From NCBI GenBank assembly GCA_964016885.1, contig OZ024740.1:196478001-196542000 (forward strand): a stretch of 64,000 bases of DNA. Direction: 5' to 3'. Every line of letters begins with the position of its first letter. The first letter of the stretch is position 1. The stretch comes from Eledone cirrhosa. Its lineage: Eukaryota. Under the pieces are notes generated by a model that was not told the DNA's origin, made no database searches, and saw nothing but the letters and a program-made list of their open reading frames with translations. The translations under genes were made by a program, and so were the position numbers. Positions 14,211 through 26,082 of the stretch are shown piece by piece.

Positions 14211-14420
14211 TTCTTCTTCGCCCACTTATTCCTGAGAGGGTCGTGGAAGCAGAGTCCTCAAACACTCCTTCCAGCAAGTCCTGTCCGAAGCAACCGTCTC
14301 CAACTGATCCGACTCGATCCCCAAGCGAAACCAGTCAAGCTCATGGATGTTATCCTACTATCTTGCTTGGGGTCTACCCCTGAGTCTCCTGTCGACTGGT
14401 TTGGCCTGTAAAATCTGTCC
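14211..14420 (-). mobile_element. RTE-type LINE 3' end fragment
   Basis: Reverse complement of about 31930-32135 with a short (GAA)n tail. Confidence 0.7.
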
Positions 14421-15956
14421 AATCGAGTGGTCGGCGACTAAATCGGTTCCCCCACCGACTCTCGTCTGGTGTGGCCAAACTCCAGTCTGGTGTGAAGAGT
14501 GAGTGGAATTCCAACAGCACAAAAAACAAGAGCTGTTAAAAGGACAGATGAACTCCTCAGAGTCAATTCCCCCCCCCCCCCCCCCCCACCAACTATGGCT
14601 TCAATAGCCTCACCAAACTGTAAATAATAATTGTAGCTAATACTTTACATATTTTATGTTTCATCTCTTTTCTGTTTTTTTTTTAAAATTATAAATCGAA
14701 TTTGAAGTATTATGTTAACATGGCTTGTATGATATAATTGAATACGCTGTTGAAGTTTTCTGTCCAAACAAAAATAGTGTGTAATATTTCACAACTTAGA
14801 TGGCTATAAAACCGATTGTTTCTTGTTTGATTGGTAATATTGATTATAATTTTGAACCGAGTGAGGCAGAACTGTTGCTTCTTTCAACTGCAACAACATA
14901 AATGTAAAGATAAATACATGGCCATTTAGATACTAACTCCCAAATAATTGTTTAACCCTTTTGTTACATCATTTCTAATGAAATACACTACCAGACTGTT
15001 TCAATTCATTTTGAAAATAATAATGGTTTCTGATTTAGGCACAAGGCTAGCAATTTTGAGGGGAGAGTAAAGTCATTTAAATCGACTCAGTACGTTACTG
15101 GTGCTTTATTTTATCGAACCCATATAGATGAAAGGCAAAGCTAACCTCGGATGGATTTGAACCCATAAAGCAAGGGGCCGTAACTCTATTCCCCAAAGCA
15201 GGGTGTCCGACACTCTACGGATACAGCCAATCCAGCGCCCTTTTGAATTTTGAAAATAATTATTGTTTCTACTTTAGGTACAAGACCAGCAATTTGAAGG
15301 GGAGGGGAAAGTCGATTAAATCGACCCCAGTACGTTACTGGTGCTTTATTTTATCGAACCCGTATAGATGAAAGGCAAAGCTAGCTTCGGCGGGATTCGA
15401 ACTCATGTCCGACGCTCTACCGATACTACCAATCCACCGCGCTTTTGAATTTTGAAAATAATAATAATGATAACAATAATAATAAATGTGGTGGAATTTA
15501 GTAAAATAACAAATGTTTCCATTAGTAAGGCGATGTTTGAAACATTACTTAACAAAAATTACTTGCCTAAAATTATAATGGACTGTTTTAATATAAGTAT
15601 GAACACGTTAAAACGGATAATTTGCATCATAATTAGCGTCGGCCCCTGGGTCACCCGTCGGTTGGTTTTGCCTGTAAAACCTGCGATTCTTATACTAAAT
15701 TTGCTGAATTATCTTAGTTCCAATCAATCATTTCTTTGCCTCTGTTTTCTTCTTTATTGCCTGGATTATACATGTTGATTCCCCCACATGCATTCGTTTT
15801 CCCCTCAAGTTGAACTGGTTCTTTGCAATTCTGTCTGCTGGGACTACGAGGCAAAATCTACTCTTCAGAAAGACAGAACGAGCAAACGAAAGAACGTGAC
15901 AACCTTTAATAGGTTGATTTATGCTGTTACTGCTAGTCACTACATACATACATACA

Positions 15957-16597
15957 TGATGGTTTCCCCCTCGTTATCAAGTACGACCATTGCACGATAT
16001 ACCATTATTAATAATTATTAATCAATTCTATCGTGCAATGCCTGTGCGTGAAGATATTTTTTAAAGTGAGGAAAGACTGTGCACTGAGCCAATCCCACTC
16101 TCTGAGCGACAGTAGCTATAACCCGAAAAGAAGAAAAGATCAACATCATCGGTAACTACTGAGCCGCAGGTTTTTCTATTAGTGTTATCCCAGTTTCCTG
16201 AGTTGCCTTCTCCTAGAAGAATGCCCTGACAAAGGCTAGGGGTCCTTCACTCCCAGTGGTTTAACCGCGCGATCGGGTTCCAGCCCGACTACTTCTATGT
16301 TCCCGCGCATATACATACACATGCACCCATGCATATGCACATATACATATACACATATACATATACACACACATGTACATGTGCATATACATATTTACAC
16401 ACTTTTGGATGGCCGTTGACTCTTATGAGTTCTTCCGCCCTTTGTCAGGTTTCGTTTTTTGTCCTGCAGGGTGTCCAAAATCACCCTCCTCACCAAGTAA
16501 ATTTGGAGGGGTTGCCAGTTTAGTCGCCGACGTCCCGCCCATGCGACAGGTTGTACTGGGTTACATGTTACCAGTAGCACTCAAGAATGACCCGACA
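15957..16597 (-). mobile_element. Non-autonomous RTE-derived short element with inverted 5' part
   Basis: Homologous to 30045-30628 but with segment about 16283-16548 inverted; (ATGT)n tail; flanked by (TACA)n. Confidence 0.7.
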
Positions 16598-16635
16598 TAA
16601 CATACATACATACATACATACATACATACATACAT

Positions 16636-16788
16636 GGTGGTGGCTGCCAACTCGTTTTCGAGTACGGCCACTACTTTATATCCATGTAGGAGAACTCCTA
16701 CCGATGCGCTGAACGAGTGTGACTTTTTAGTCCAGCCAGCGACTTGAAAACTCTGGTACAAACACTACACTTGTGACAATTATTGTCA
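16636..16788 (-). mobile_element. RTE LINE 3' terminus (C2H2 zinc finger + 3' UTR + (ATGT)n tail)
   Basis: Minus-strand ORF end CSVCTRVFKSLAGLKSHTRSAHR*; also present at 30655-30800. Confidence 0.7.
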
Positions 16789-16822
16789 CATACATACATA
16801 CATACATACATACATACATACA

Positions 16823-16854
<32 letters not shown>

Positions 16855-17118
16855 ACACGAAAAGAAGAAAAGATCAACATCATCGGTAGCTACTGAGCCG
16901 CAGGTTTTTACATACACACAATGGCGACCGTTGTGGTCAATGTCCGATAATCGGACGTGTGTAATTACGGCTTACATGAAGGCAACATACCATATATTGG
17001 AAAAAGTTGAGCTACATACATTACGCGGTAAGATTACATACAATAATTCTACATAAGTATTTGAACTGTGTGTTGTAAAACACCTATTTATATGAACGAT
17101 ACATACACTTATGATATA

Positions 17119-17709
17119 CTAGCAGTAAAGCCCGGCGTTGCTCGGGGTCGCTCAGTAGCTGTGTTAAAGTTACAATGTTAAGTTTCTTTTTTGGCTTAAA
17201 GTCTGTCTGCACGCCTAACGAAATTTACAGATACATATATTTTAAATAAACTTATATAATTTTTGCTTTTTTTTACGAAATATTTGCTTGTTTTATGTAG
17301 TCTTTAAATAGACTTGTTTTCAAGTAAAAATATTGTTTTAAAAGGCTTTTAAATGGAAATGAAGCAAAACGGAAGCTTAGTGTTCGAAGTGATGAATTTT
17401 GCAGGTCAAAATTTTGCTGGCTCGACAACTGTTCGTGTATTGTGTTAATGTCATTTTAAACGCTGAGAAAGCCAGCGTATGTAAACAGAACAAAGGGAAA
17501 TAACTCGTCACTTACGCTCAAAAATCGATACATTAGATTCGATTTCGTCACATAGGGTGGGTCAATTTGAAATATTTTTTTCCGATGTCTTCGCTAGGGC
17601 TCAATGTACAAGTATAGCAATTTCGGTGCAATTCCGTCAGAGATTCTAAGAGGAGATGTGTGCCAAAAATCGATAGACAGACAGACAACCACAGCTTTAT
17701 ATATATAGA
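17119..17709 (-). mobile_element. Non-autonomous Helitron
   Basis: Minus strand starts TCTATATATATAAAG, contains (GTCT)n, and ends with hairpin CCCGAG-CAACG-CCGGG then CTAG; inserted between A and T. Confidence 0.75.
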
Positions 17710-18355
17710 TGAACGATACATACACTTTAACATATAAATGCAACGTTGTTATATTACATTTGCAAGTAACGTTTTCGATTCAGAAACAAAAACATAAGTG
17801 TTTGAACTGTGAATATGTTGTAGAACACCTATTTATATGAATGATACATAAACTTTAACATATAAATACAGCGTTGTTATATTATATTACATTCATAAAG
17901 AAATATACTAAGTAACGTTTTTTTTTTTTTTTGTTCTTGATTCAAACGATTCAAGAACAACGTTAAAACACAGTTGTAGAATTAAAAACTAACTGAAAAG
18001 AAATATTACTCAAGCTGTGAATAACTTTAAATTTGATTCTGACAGAACTTTGTCGAAACTTTTAAAGATCATCGACTATTTTGAAAAATAAATACAAAAT
18101 ATTAGTGAATAGACGAACTCATCATGGCAAAACGTACAAGTCTCCTTCGACCAAATCGCAACTACAACCGTTGTATCCAGTGGAGCTACGAGCTTAACAA
18201 AGAATTATATGAAGCATACAAACAATCTGAACCCCCAAAGTTCGGTTTTATGCAAAGGCTAAAAACTTTATGGAACTCCAAACACCCAGAATTAGACTTT
18301 TCTCCAAAGCATTTAAATGAACAGGCAAAACGTATCATTAGATATAAATTGATAG

Positions 18356-18733
18356 ATCACTAATAGATTAACGCTCTCTAGACAGGAAGTAGCTGGAGTT
18401 ACTTCCCGTTGGGGTGGCAGAACCCTTTTTGTCACTTCCGTCTTGAGACCCTATAAAAGGGATACTCAGAGCGATCTCTACCTCTCATTTGCCTTTCGGC
18501 TCCTGGCCTTCTAACCTGCTTGGCCCTTCGGCCAGGCGCATTCGACTGGCAACCCTAACTTGGTCTCTTGCGAGCTAACTTCAAAACGGTAACAAATGAC
18601 TTTACTTCATTCTTTCATCTACTTTCATTGACTTGTCAACTATACTATTCTACATAACTGCAAATTGTTAATTAAACGTTATATACACAACCTAGTGTCT
18701 TGTTATATTCATACACACCAGTATTTTGTTATA
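18356..18733 (+). mobile_element. Solo LTR related to the 3827-5838 element, inserted into the R4/Dong ORF
   Basis: Reverse-complement similarity to the 3827-4176 LTR along its length (aatagattaacgctctctaga...ccagtattttgttata); the R4 reading frame resumes after it. Confidence 0.85.
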
Positions 18734-21331
18734 CATCTAACGGAATTGAGTGATACTACAAATACAGCCCTTGTAGACAACCACCCCCACCTCCACTGAC
18801 AGACAAAGAGAATGGCCAACTAAATCTAACAGTGAACAGCTCACCAACAATTTTGCTGAAATCCATCCCACTTCCACAGAAGAACAGCGAGAATGGTCAG
18901 CTAACTCTAGTAGTAATTGTCACCACATCAAGAACGAGGCTGAAATTCATGACTCTACTGTACAAACAGAACACCAAAAACTTGTGGACACCTTACAAGT
19001 GATATGGAACGATATGTTTCAAGAGATACACAGCCTTAATGTGAGTGACAGACCATACAACACCAGAATCAGTAAAGAACCCACTAAATTGGAATTGGAA
19101 GCGGTGAACGAAATAGCTGGCAATTATCTGAAGGCTATACGATCTAAAGGTGTAGAAACGACATTTGAAACGCTTAACATTTTGTTATATGTTTCAGCTG
19201 TCACATTGCTATCATATAACAAACATCTAAAACCATGCTGTCAAGATACAAACAAAAAGCCTGAACCAGCGTGGATGCGAAATTTAAAAAGCAAAATGTT
19301 GTCCCTGAGACGAAGTATCTCACACATCGCAGTCGTTATGAAATGCAAGATAGAGAGCAACTTCACACGACACCAGGAAGACCTAAAGAAAAAGTTAGAG
19401 AGACGATTTGGAGATACAAAATTAAAAACTTTAAACTCCAAATTACACCAGTTGAAACAACAACTCACAGCTACAACAGAAAGACTAAAATATAAGTCAA
19501 CAGCACATAAACGACAAGTGCTAAATAGATTGTTTGCCAGAGATCCTAAATCAGTTTATCGCAGCTTCGGTGGCAAAAGCTCAATCTCTGTAAATGACAC
19601 CCCTTCAAAAGAACAGGTTGAGAGCTACTGGAGATCTTTATGGGAAACGGATGACGGATTCAACAGACAAACTAATTGGCTAAAAGAACTGGAACAGGAG
19701 TACTGCCAACATGTCCAGACAAAACAATATGACATAGATGGGTCAATACTGGAAACAGCTCTACAGAAAATGTCGAATAGGAAATCACCAGGCCCAGACC
19801 TCATTACAGGATACTGGTTGAAGAATTTCACTTTCTATCGGCAAGATCTCATACGGCTGTTTACAGAAACCATTAAAGGCACACAATAACTGCCCAGATG
19901 GTTATCAACTGCCACTACTCTCCTCATTCCCCAAAATAACCAAACCACCCTTGCTAAAAATTACCGCCCAATAGCCTGCCAAAACATCATGTATAAATTA
20001 TATACTGGGTGCCTTAACCTGTTCTTACAGGATCACTGTGCTACCAACAACATCATAACACCTGAGCAAGCTGGTGGAAAGAGGGAGGTGTGGGGTTGCA
20101 TAGATCACCTACTAACTAATAAAATGATTCAAGAAAAAACAACAAAGAATCGCAGAAACATGACTGTGGTGTGGCTGGACTATCAAAAAGCATTTGATAG
20201 TGTACCTCATGGGTGGATTGTTAAGGCTTTACAGTTAGCCAAAGTCCCACAACCACTGGTAGCTGCTGTTAAACGTCGGACCAAGAACTGGTACAACAAT
20301 TTGAAGAGGTGAGAAGGAGCAAGTTAAGACTGATAAGATACATTACCAGAAGGGCATCTTTCAGGTTGATAGCTTGTCAGTGCTACTCTTCGTTCTCTCA
20401 CTAAATCCACTATCTTACCTACTCAGGAAAAAAGGTGGACAAAGAAGTGGGTCCAGAAGTATCTGCCATCTTTTCTTTGTTGATGACCTGAAGTTGTATG
20501 GGCCAAATATCAATGACATCAAGAAACAACTGGACCTCATTACACAATTTTCAACAGACATCAAAATGAAATTTAGTGAGTCCAAGTGTGCATATTTGGC
20601 AGTAAAACGTGGAAGAGCTGTGCCCTCCTCTAGAAATCTAGAGATGAACGGCCTGAAAATACAACCTCTACAGTCAGGTGACAACTACAGATATCTTGGA
20701 CAGGATGAGAATGTCAGATATGATGGACCCATAAATAAGGAGAGAACCAGAACTGAATACCTCAGAAGAGTAAAAAAAATATGGTCATCAGAACTGTCAG
20801 CGTACAACAAATACATTGCCCACAATACTTATGCTGTGCCAATTCTAACGCCAACATTTGGCCTGCTGAACTGGTCATTGCAAGAACTAAGTGAGATGGA
20901 TGTTAGAACTCGCAAACTTCTCAGTGTTACTGGGAACTTTAACATCAATGGTGATGTGGATAGGCTATACTTCTCACGCAAGGAAGGTGACCGGGGTCTA
21001 AAATCCATATTAACATCATATGAGACCCGGATAGTAACACTGAAGCAACATCTTCAACAGAGGAAAAAGGTTGGCAACCATCTTGCCCAGGTTTATGAGC
21101 ATGAAAAAAAAAATCATTAGAATAGCCACTGATCTGGAGGAGAGATATGGAATAAAGCCTGATATAAATCTCTTACCCAGAGAAATCGGAAGATCCTATT
21201 CAATGTTCAAACAAAATGAAAAAATTGACCAATTTACAGAAAAAGTTGTGCATGGATACTTGAGACGTAAAACACAGACCATAGAGGAGATAAACCACTA
21301 AAAAATCCTGGCATGGAGTTCCGACAAGTTT

Positions 21332-22006
21332 ATGACATCACACCTTGAGGGATATCTCTATGCAATACAGGAACAAGAACTCCCTACCAAATATCTGCTT
21401 CACAAAAGGGGAGGGTCGTCAGCTGACAATAAATGTAGGCTATGTAAAACAAAGATCGAGGATGTAAGCCACATTGTTGCCAGCTGCGAAAGAATGTCAT
21501 CTCGCTACTACCTCCTCATGAGATACGATGGGATAGCTAGAACCATCTGGAACGCACTTCGGAAAACAAAATTAACAACAAACGAGGAAGAATATATTGA
21601 GACAGATGGCACTAAGGAATACTGGTGGAACCTGAAAATAAAAACTGCCACCAAATTAAAGCACAACCGGCCTGATATTTTTGTTTGGGACCACACATTG
21701 AAAACGTGTTCTGTTGTGGAAATCAGCTGCCCACTTGATGTAAACGTTGTCAGAAAAATACAGGAGAAGGAGAACATCTACGGACCATTGATGAGGAGTT
21801 TACAAATCCAGTATCCAAGATACACCTTTAGCTTCATACCCATCATTATTGGAGCTACGGGTTATATACCAACCCGCTTGGACCAAAGTATGACTGAACT
21901 TGGATTTGCGGACAAAGAGCGCAGCTCCCTAATTCATAGTCTACAAATGGCTGCGATAGCTGGCACCTTCAAAATTTACAAAACATTCTTGCGATTCAAG
22001 GGATGA
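21332..22006 (+). pseudogene. C-terminal CCHC zinc knuckle + restriction-enzyme-like (PD..D/ExK) endonuclease of the R4/Dong element
   Basis: 224-aa ORF with CRLC, HNRPDIFVWD, VEISCP and K..KENIY. Confidence 0.85.
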
Positions 22007-22141
22007 CAATTTCTTTTCTTTTACAACCTTGCCACCAGGAAGGTGGCCGGTCAAAAAATATACTCGAAATTAAGAGAAAGAGATAACATACATACATACA
22101 TACATACATACATACATACATACACACATACATACATACAT

Positions 22142-24913
22142 AAACAAAAACATACGAAATAAGTGAGGGTACCCTTGAGATTGTGATAAGAAAACTCCAA
22201 GATAACAAAACACCAGGAAGAGACATGATTGTCGGCTACTGGTACAAAAAACTAATATTCTATCGGAGGTATCTTACTGACCTCTACCAACAAGTTCTTA
22301 AGGGAGATACACTTATACCAAAATGGTGGACATTAGCACAAACGTTACTGGTCCCCAAGAACAAAGACACCCAGTTGGCAAAAAACTACCGACCCATTGC
22401 ATGCCAGAACCTGATGTATAAGATGTATACAGCCTGCCTGAACCTATTCCTCCAAGATCACTGTGAAAATAATAACATCATCACAGATGAACAAGCAGCT
22501 GGAAAGAAAAGGGTTTGGGGATGTGCTGAACAACTCCTAATCAACAAAACTGCGATGTCGGAGGTGCGACAACTTAGGAGGAATATGACTACAGTCTGAC
22601 TGGACTACAGGAAAGCTTTCGATTCTGTTCCCCACTCTTGGATGATAGAGGCCCTCCAACTTGCTAAAGTCCCAGACATTATTGTCAGAGCCATAGAGAA
22701 GCTGTCTTCTTCTTGGGCTACTATCCTAAGGTTAAAGACAGAGAGGGAGGACTCTATTTTCACTGATAAAATAAAATATTGCAGGGGTATATTTCAGGGG
22801 GACAGTCTCTCTGTGATATTGTTCATCTTGTCATTAAACCCCTTGTCATTTCTGCTCAAGAAATGTGAGGGATACATCATTGGCTCACAGGAGGACAGAA
22901 ATACGAACCTAACCCATAACTTCTTTGTGGACGATCTGAAACTCTATGCCAAGAACATGGATGGGATGAAGAAAAACCTTAACCTGGTTACAACGTTCTC
23001 AAAGGATATAGGAATGGAGTTTGGACAAGATAAATGCTCATACATAACTGTAAAGCGGGGAAAAACAACAACCCAATCTAGCAACATTGTCATCAATGGT
23101 CTAACTGTTTCACCGATATCTGATGAGGACTGCTACAGATACCTGGGGATAGATGAGAACATATCCTATAATGGTATCTGTAATAAAGAATGCGTAACCA
23201 GGGAATACTACACCCGATTAAGAAAGATCTGGTCATCGGAACTCTCTGCGCAAAACAAAACAGTGGCTCACAATGTGTTTGCTGTGCCTGTCCTAACACC
23301 AACGTTTGGAATATTCAATTGGACGATAGACGAAATCCAAGCAGTTGATGTTGGAACTCGAAAAATACTGAACAACACCGGAAACTTCCACATCAATAGT
23401 GACATAGACCGCCTTTACTTGAAACGTAAGCAGGGAGGCAGAGGCCTAACGTCAGTCCAGACAGCATTTGAATGTCGCATCATATCTCTTCGACAACATC
23501 TACGAACCTCGAAGCGTAGGAGCCCGCTTCTCGAGCAAGTCTATCTGCATGAAACAGATAAGTTCATGAGAGTTGAGAAGGAACTCATTGAGAGATATTC
23601 CCTGTGTGATAATCAAAAACTCACACCCAGGGATGTCGCTCAGCAGTATCGCAGTGAATCCATGGATGAAAAACTGCATGCCTATCAGCAAAAAATCATG
23701 CATGGATATATTGCCAGGAAGCTCCAGAGTGAGGGTTATATAGATAATTGTTTCTATTTTAGGCACAAGACCAGCAATTACCCAGTACAGTACTGGTAGT
23801 TTATTTTATCGACCCCGTAAGGATGAAAGGCAAAGTTAACCGCGGCGGGATTTGAACTCAGATCATAAAGGGGCGTAACTCTATGCTTCAAAACATGGTG
23901 TCCGACTCTCTACCGATACTGCCAATCTACCGCCCTAGATAATGAAAGTAGTCTATCTTGGACCAACAACCGCTATATTGGCACCCACTTTGAAGGATAC
24001 GCTTTTGCAATCCAGGAACAGGAGATTAACACGAAATACCTGATTCACAAAAGAGATAGGGATGCAGGCAAAACACCTAGATGTGATAACAAGTGCAGAC
24101 TCTGCAGAACTAACATCAAGGATATCACCCATGTCATCAGCAGCTGTCCAAAGATGTCATCGCGGTACTATCTACCTATGAGGCATGATGTAGTGGCCAA
24201 AACACTGTCCAATGCAGTTCGTAAAAAAGATAGCCCCGATAATAAACACATTAAAAGCTACAACAATATGGAAGACATCCATGTACATAATATGAAAGAG
24301 TACTGGTGGAATGTTCCAGTAAAAACCCCAATAAAATGCAGGCATAACAGACCAGATATTATGATATGGGACAGGGAGAAGAAAACATGCACAGTAGCGG
24401 AAATTAGCTGCCCAGCAGATGCCAATATAATATCAAAGATTAGTGAAAAGAAGAATATTTATGCAGAACTGATGAGAAATCTGCAGATACTACACCCTGA
24501 TTACACCTTCAGATTTATGCCTGTGATTATTGGGGCACTGGGATATGTTAGTAACTGCCTCAATACAAATCTTGAGAAGCTAGGCTTCACAGGAACAGAA
24601 AGAACACAACTAGTTAGGAAATTACAAGTACAATCCATTAATGGAACAGTAAAAATATGTAAAACATTCCCAAAATGTTGCATCTAATAACTGCATATAC
24701 ACTTGTACAGATACAAAGCATATACACATGCACACATACAACTCAAAACATCCACATCAACACATACAATAACATCCATATCTACACATGCATACATACA
24801 TACATATCTACCTAGTTGATGTTGTGTAAATTACAATGAGAGAGTCTTGTGTCTATGTTAGAAACCGACTCTCTCTCTATTGGGAAAACTTTGTGAAATT
24901 ATAAAACCCGAAG

Positions 24914-24916
<3 letters not shown>
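22142..24916 (+). mobile_element. Second R4/Dong-clade LINE (different subfamily), 5'-truncated
   Basis: Starts right after (TACA)n; motifs KTPGRD, NYRPIAC, GIFQGDSLS, FFVDDLKLY, CRLC, RHD, HNRPDI; 3' UTR ends GAAGAA then (CA)n; interrupted by a SINE. Confidence 0.9.
23749..23935 (-). mobile_element. tRNA-derived SINE inserted in the R4/Dong ORF
   Basis: Full SINE with 8-bp TSD TAGATAAT (23741-23748 and 23936-23943). Confidence 0.85.
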
Positions 24917-24977
<61 letters not shown>

Positions 24978-25299
24978 AGCGCTGGAAGCATTTCTGAATT
25001 GGTGGGGAGGGCAATAGTTGTAGTGATTAGTTTAGCTCTTTGCACCCTAAAAGGGTAAGAACACTTTGATATGCGATCAACATAACAATTAAATTGTAGC
25101 GCATATCCAAATAGATGTGTGTTTTGGTAGTTTGGGGAGAAAATATAATTTTTTTTTGGGGGGGGGGGGACCCTCCCAGTTCAACCGCCCTCTCACTGTC
25201 TCTCTCTCTATATATAGATATATAATTTTTAAAAATAATCTCTGTACCATTTCCTATTACACCCAATTTAATCATCTTATATCTCCCATATATATATAT

Positions 25300-25460
25300 A
25301 TATATATTGATATATTATGGCTATTGGTGAGTTGTGTTACTCTAAAGTTTATCCTGCGTACTCACAGGATCACCAGTCATGTCTGATGATCCTGTAAGTA
25401 CGCAGGTGAAACTTCAGAGTAACAAGGCTCATTATTTAGCTATAATAAATGTATATTTAA
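25300..25460. mobile_element. Tiny inverted PLE pseudo-LTR pair (hairpin) with hammerhead core
   Basis: About 25300-25376 is an imperfect reverse complement of 25383-25460. The right arm begins CUGAUGA-U-CCUG..CAGG-U-GAAACUUC; the left arm abuts (TA)n. Confidence 0.65.
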
Positions 25461-25639
25461 ACTCTACTTCGGTATTGAGTTTTCATTCTTACGTCCGTCA
25501 ATAACTCACGTACTCTCAGGTCTAATTATTTTATTTTACATTAAAAAGAAACATTATGTACGACAAAACAGAACATTACAAGAAATCCCATATTTACGAA
25601 CGTAAACTATAGAAATACCGATTTCCCAAGCCAACACCC

Positions 25640-26082
25640 TCCTATTATTTGGGAACCTCTTTATGTCTACAACACGGCACTCTCCCATTATCCTTTCTCT
25701 ATATCTACAGCCACCAAATTCTCCCCCGCTCTATATCTAACATACAAAACACTCTCCCAATCCCCCTCTTTATATCAATCACATCCAAACTCCCTCTCAC
25801 TATCTCTACCAGACTCTTTCGTAATCGTTCTCTCTCTATCCATCACAAACACCCCCTCTAGATCTTTTACGTCACCCCTCACTATATTTAGCAATAATTA
25901 TCTCTCCCAACCCCCTCATTATATCTACAAGCATTGAAATCTACACCTCTCTATATCTACTACACGACACTCTTTCTCCCAATTGCCCTCTATATATCAA
26001 TTACAACCAAACTATCCCCCTCTCTACCATACAACACTCTTTCACATTACCTCTCATTCTATCCATCACTACGAAACTATCC
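25640..26082. repeat. Degenerate pyrimidine-rich minisatellite (core CTCTCTATATCWA...ACTCTCCC)
   Basis: Roughly 30-40-bp unit; continues at 29695-29890 and recurs at 59500-59660. Confidence 0.7.

Larger units (their letters stand above)
18124..22086 (+). mobile_element. Near full-length R4/Dong-clade non-LTR retrotransposon (RT + REL endonuclease), disrupted
   Basis: N-terminal Myb-like segment (18124-18360); RT motifs KSPGPD, NYRPIAC, WLDYQKAFDSVPH, FFVDDLKLY; CCHC CRLC..HIVASC; RYD; HNRPDI..VEISCP..KENIY; several stops and frameshifts; short 3' UTR ends in (TACA)n. Confidence 0.9.
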
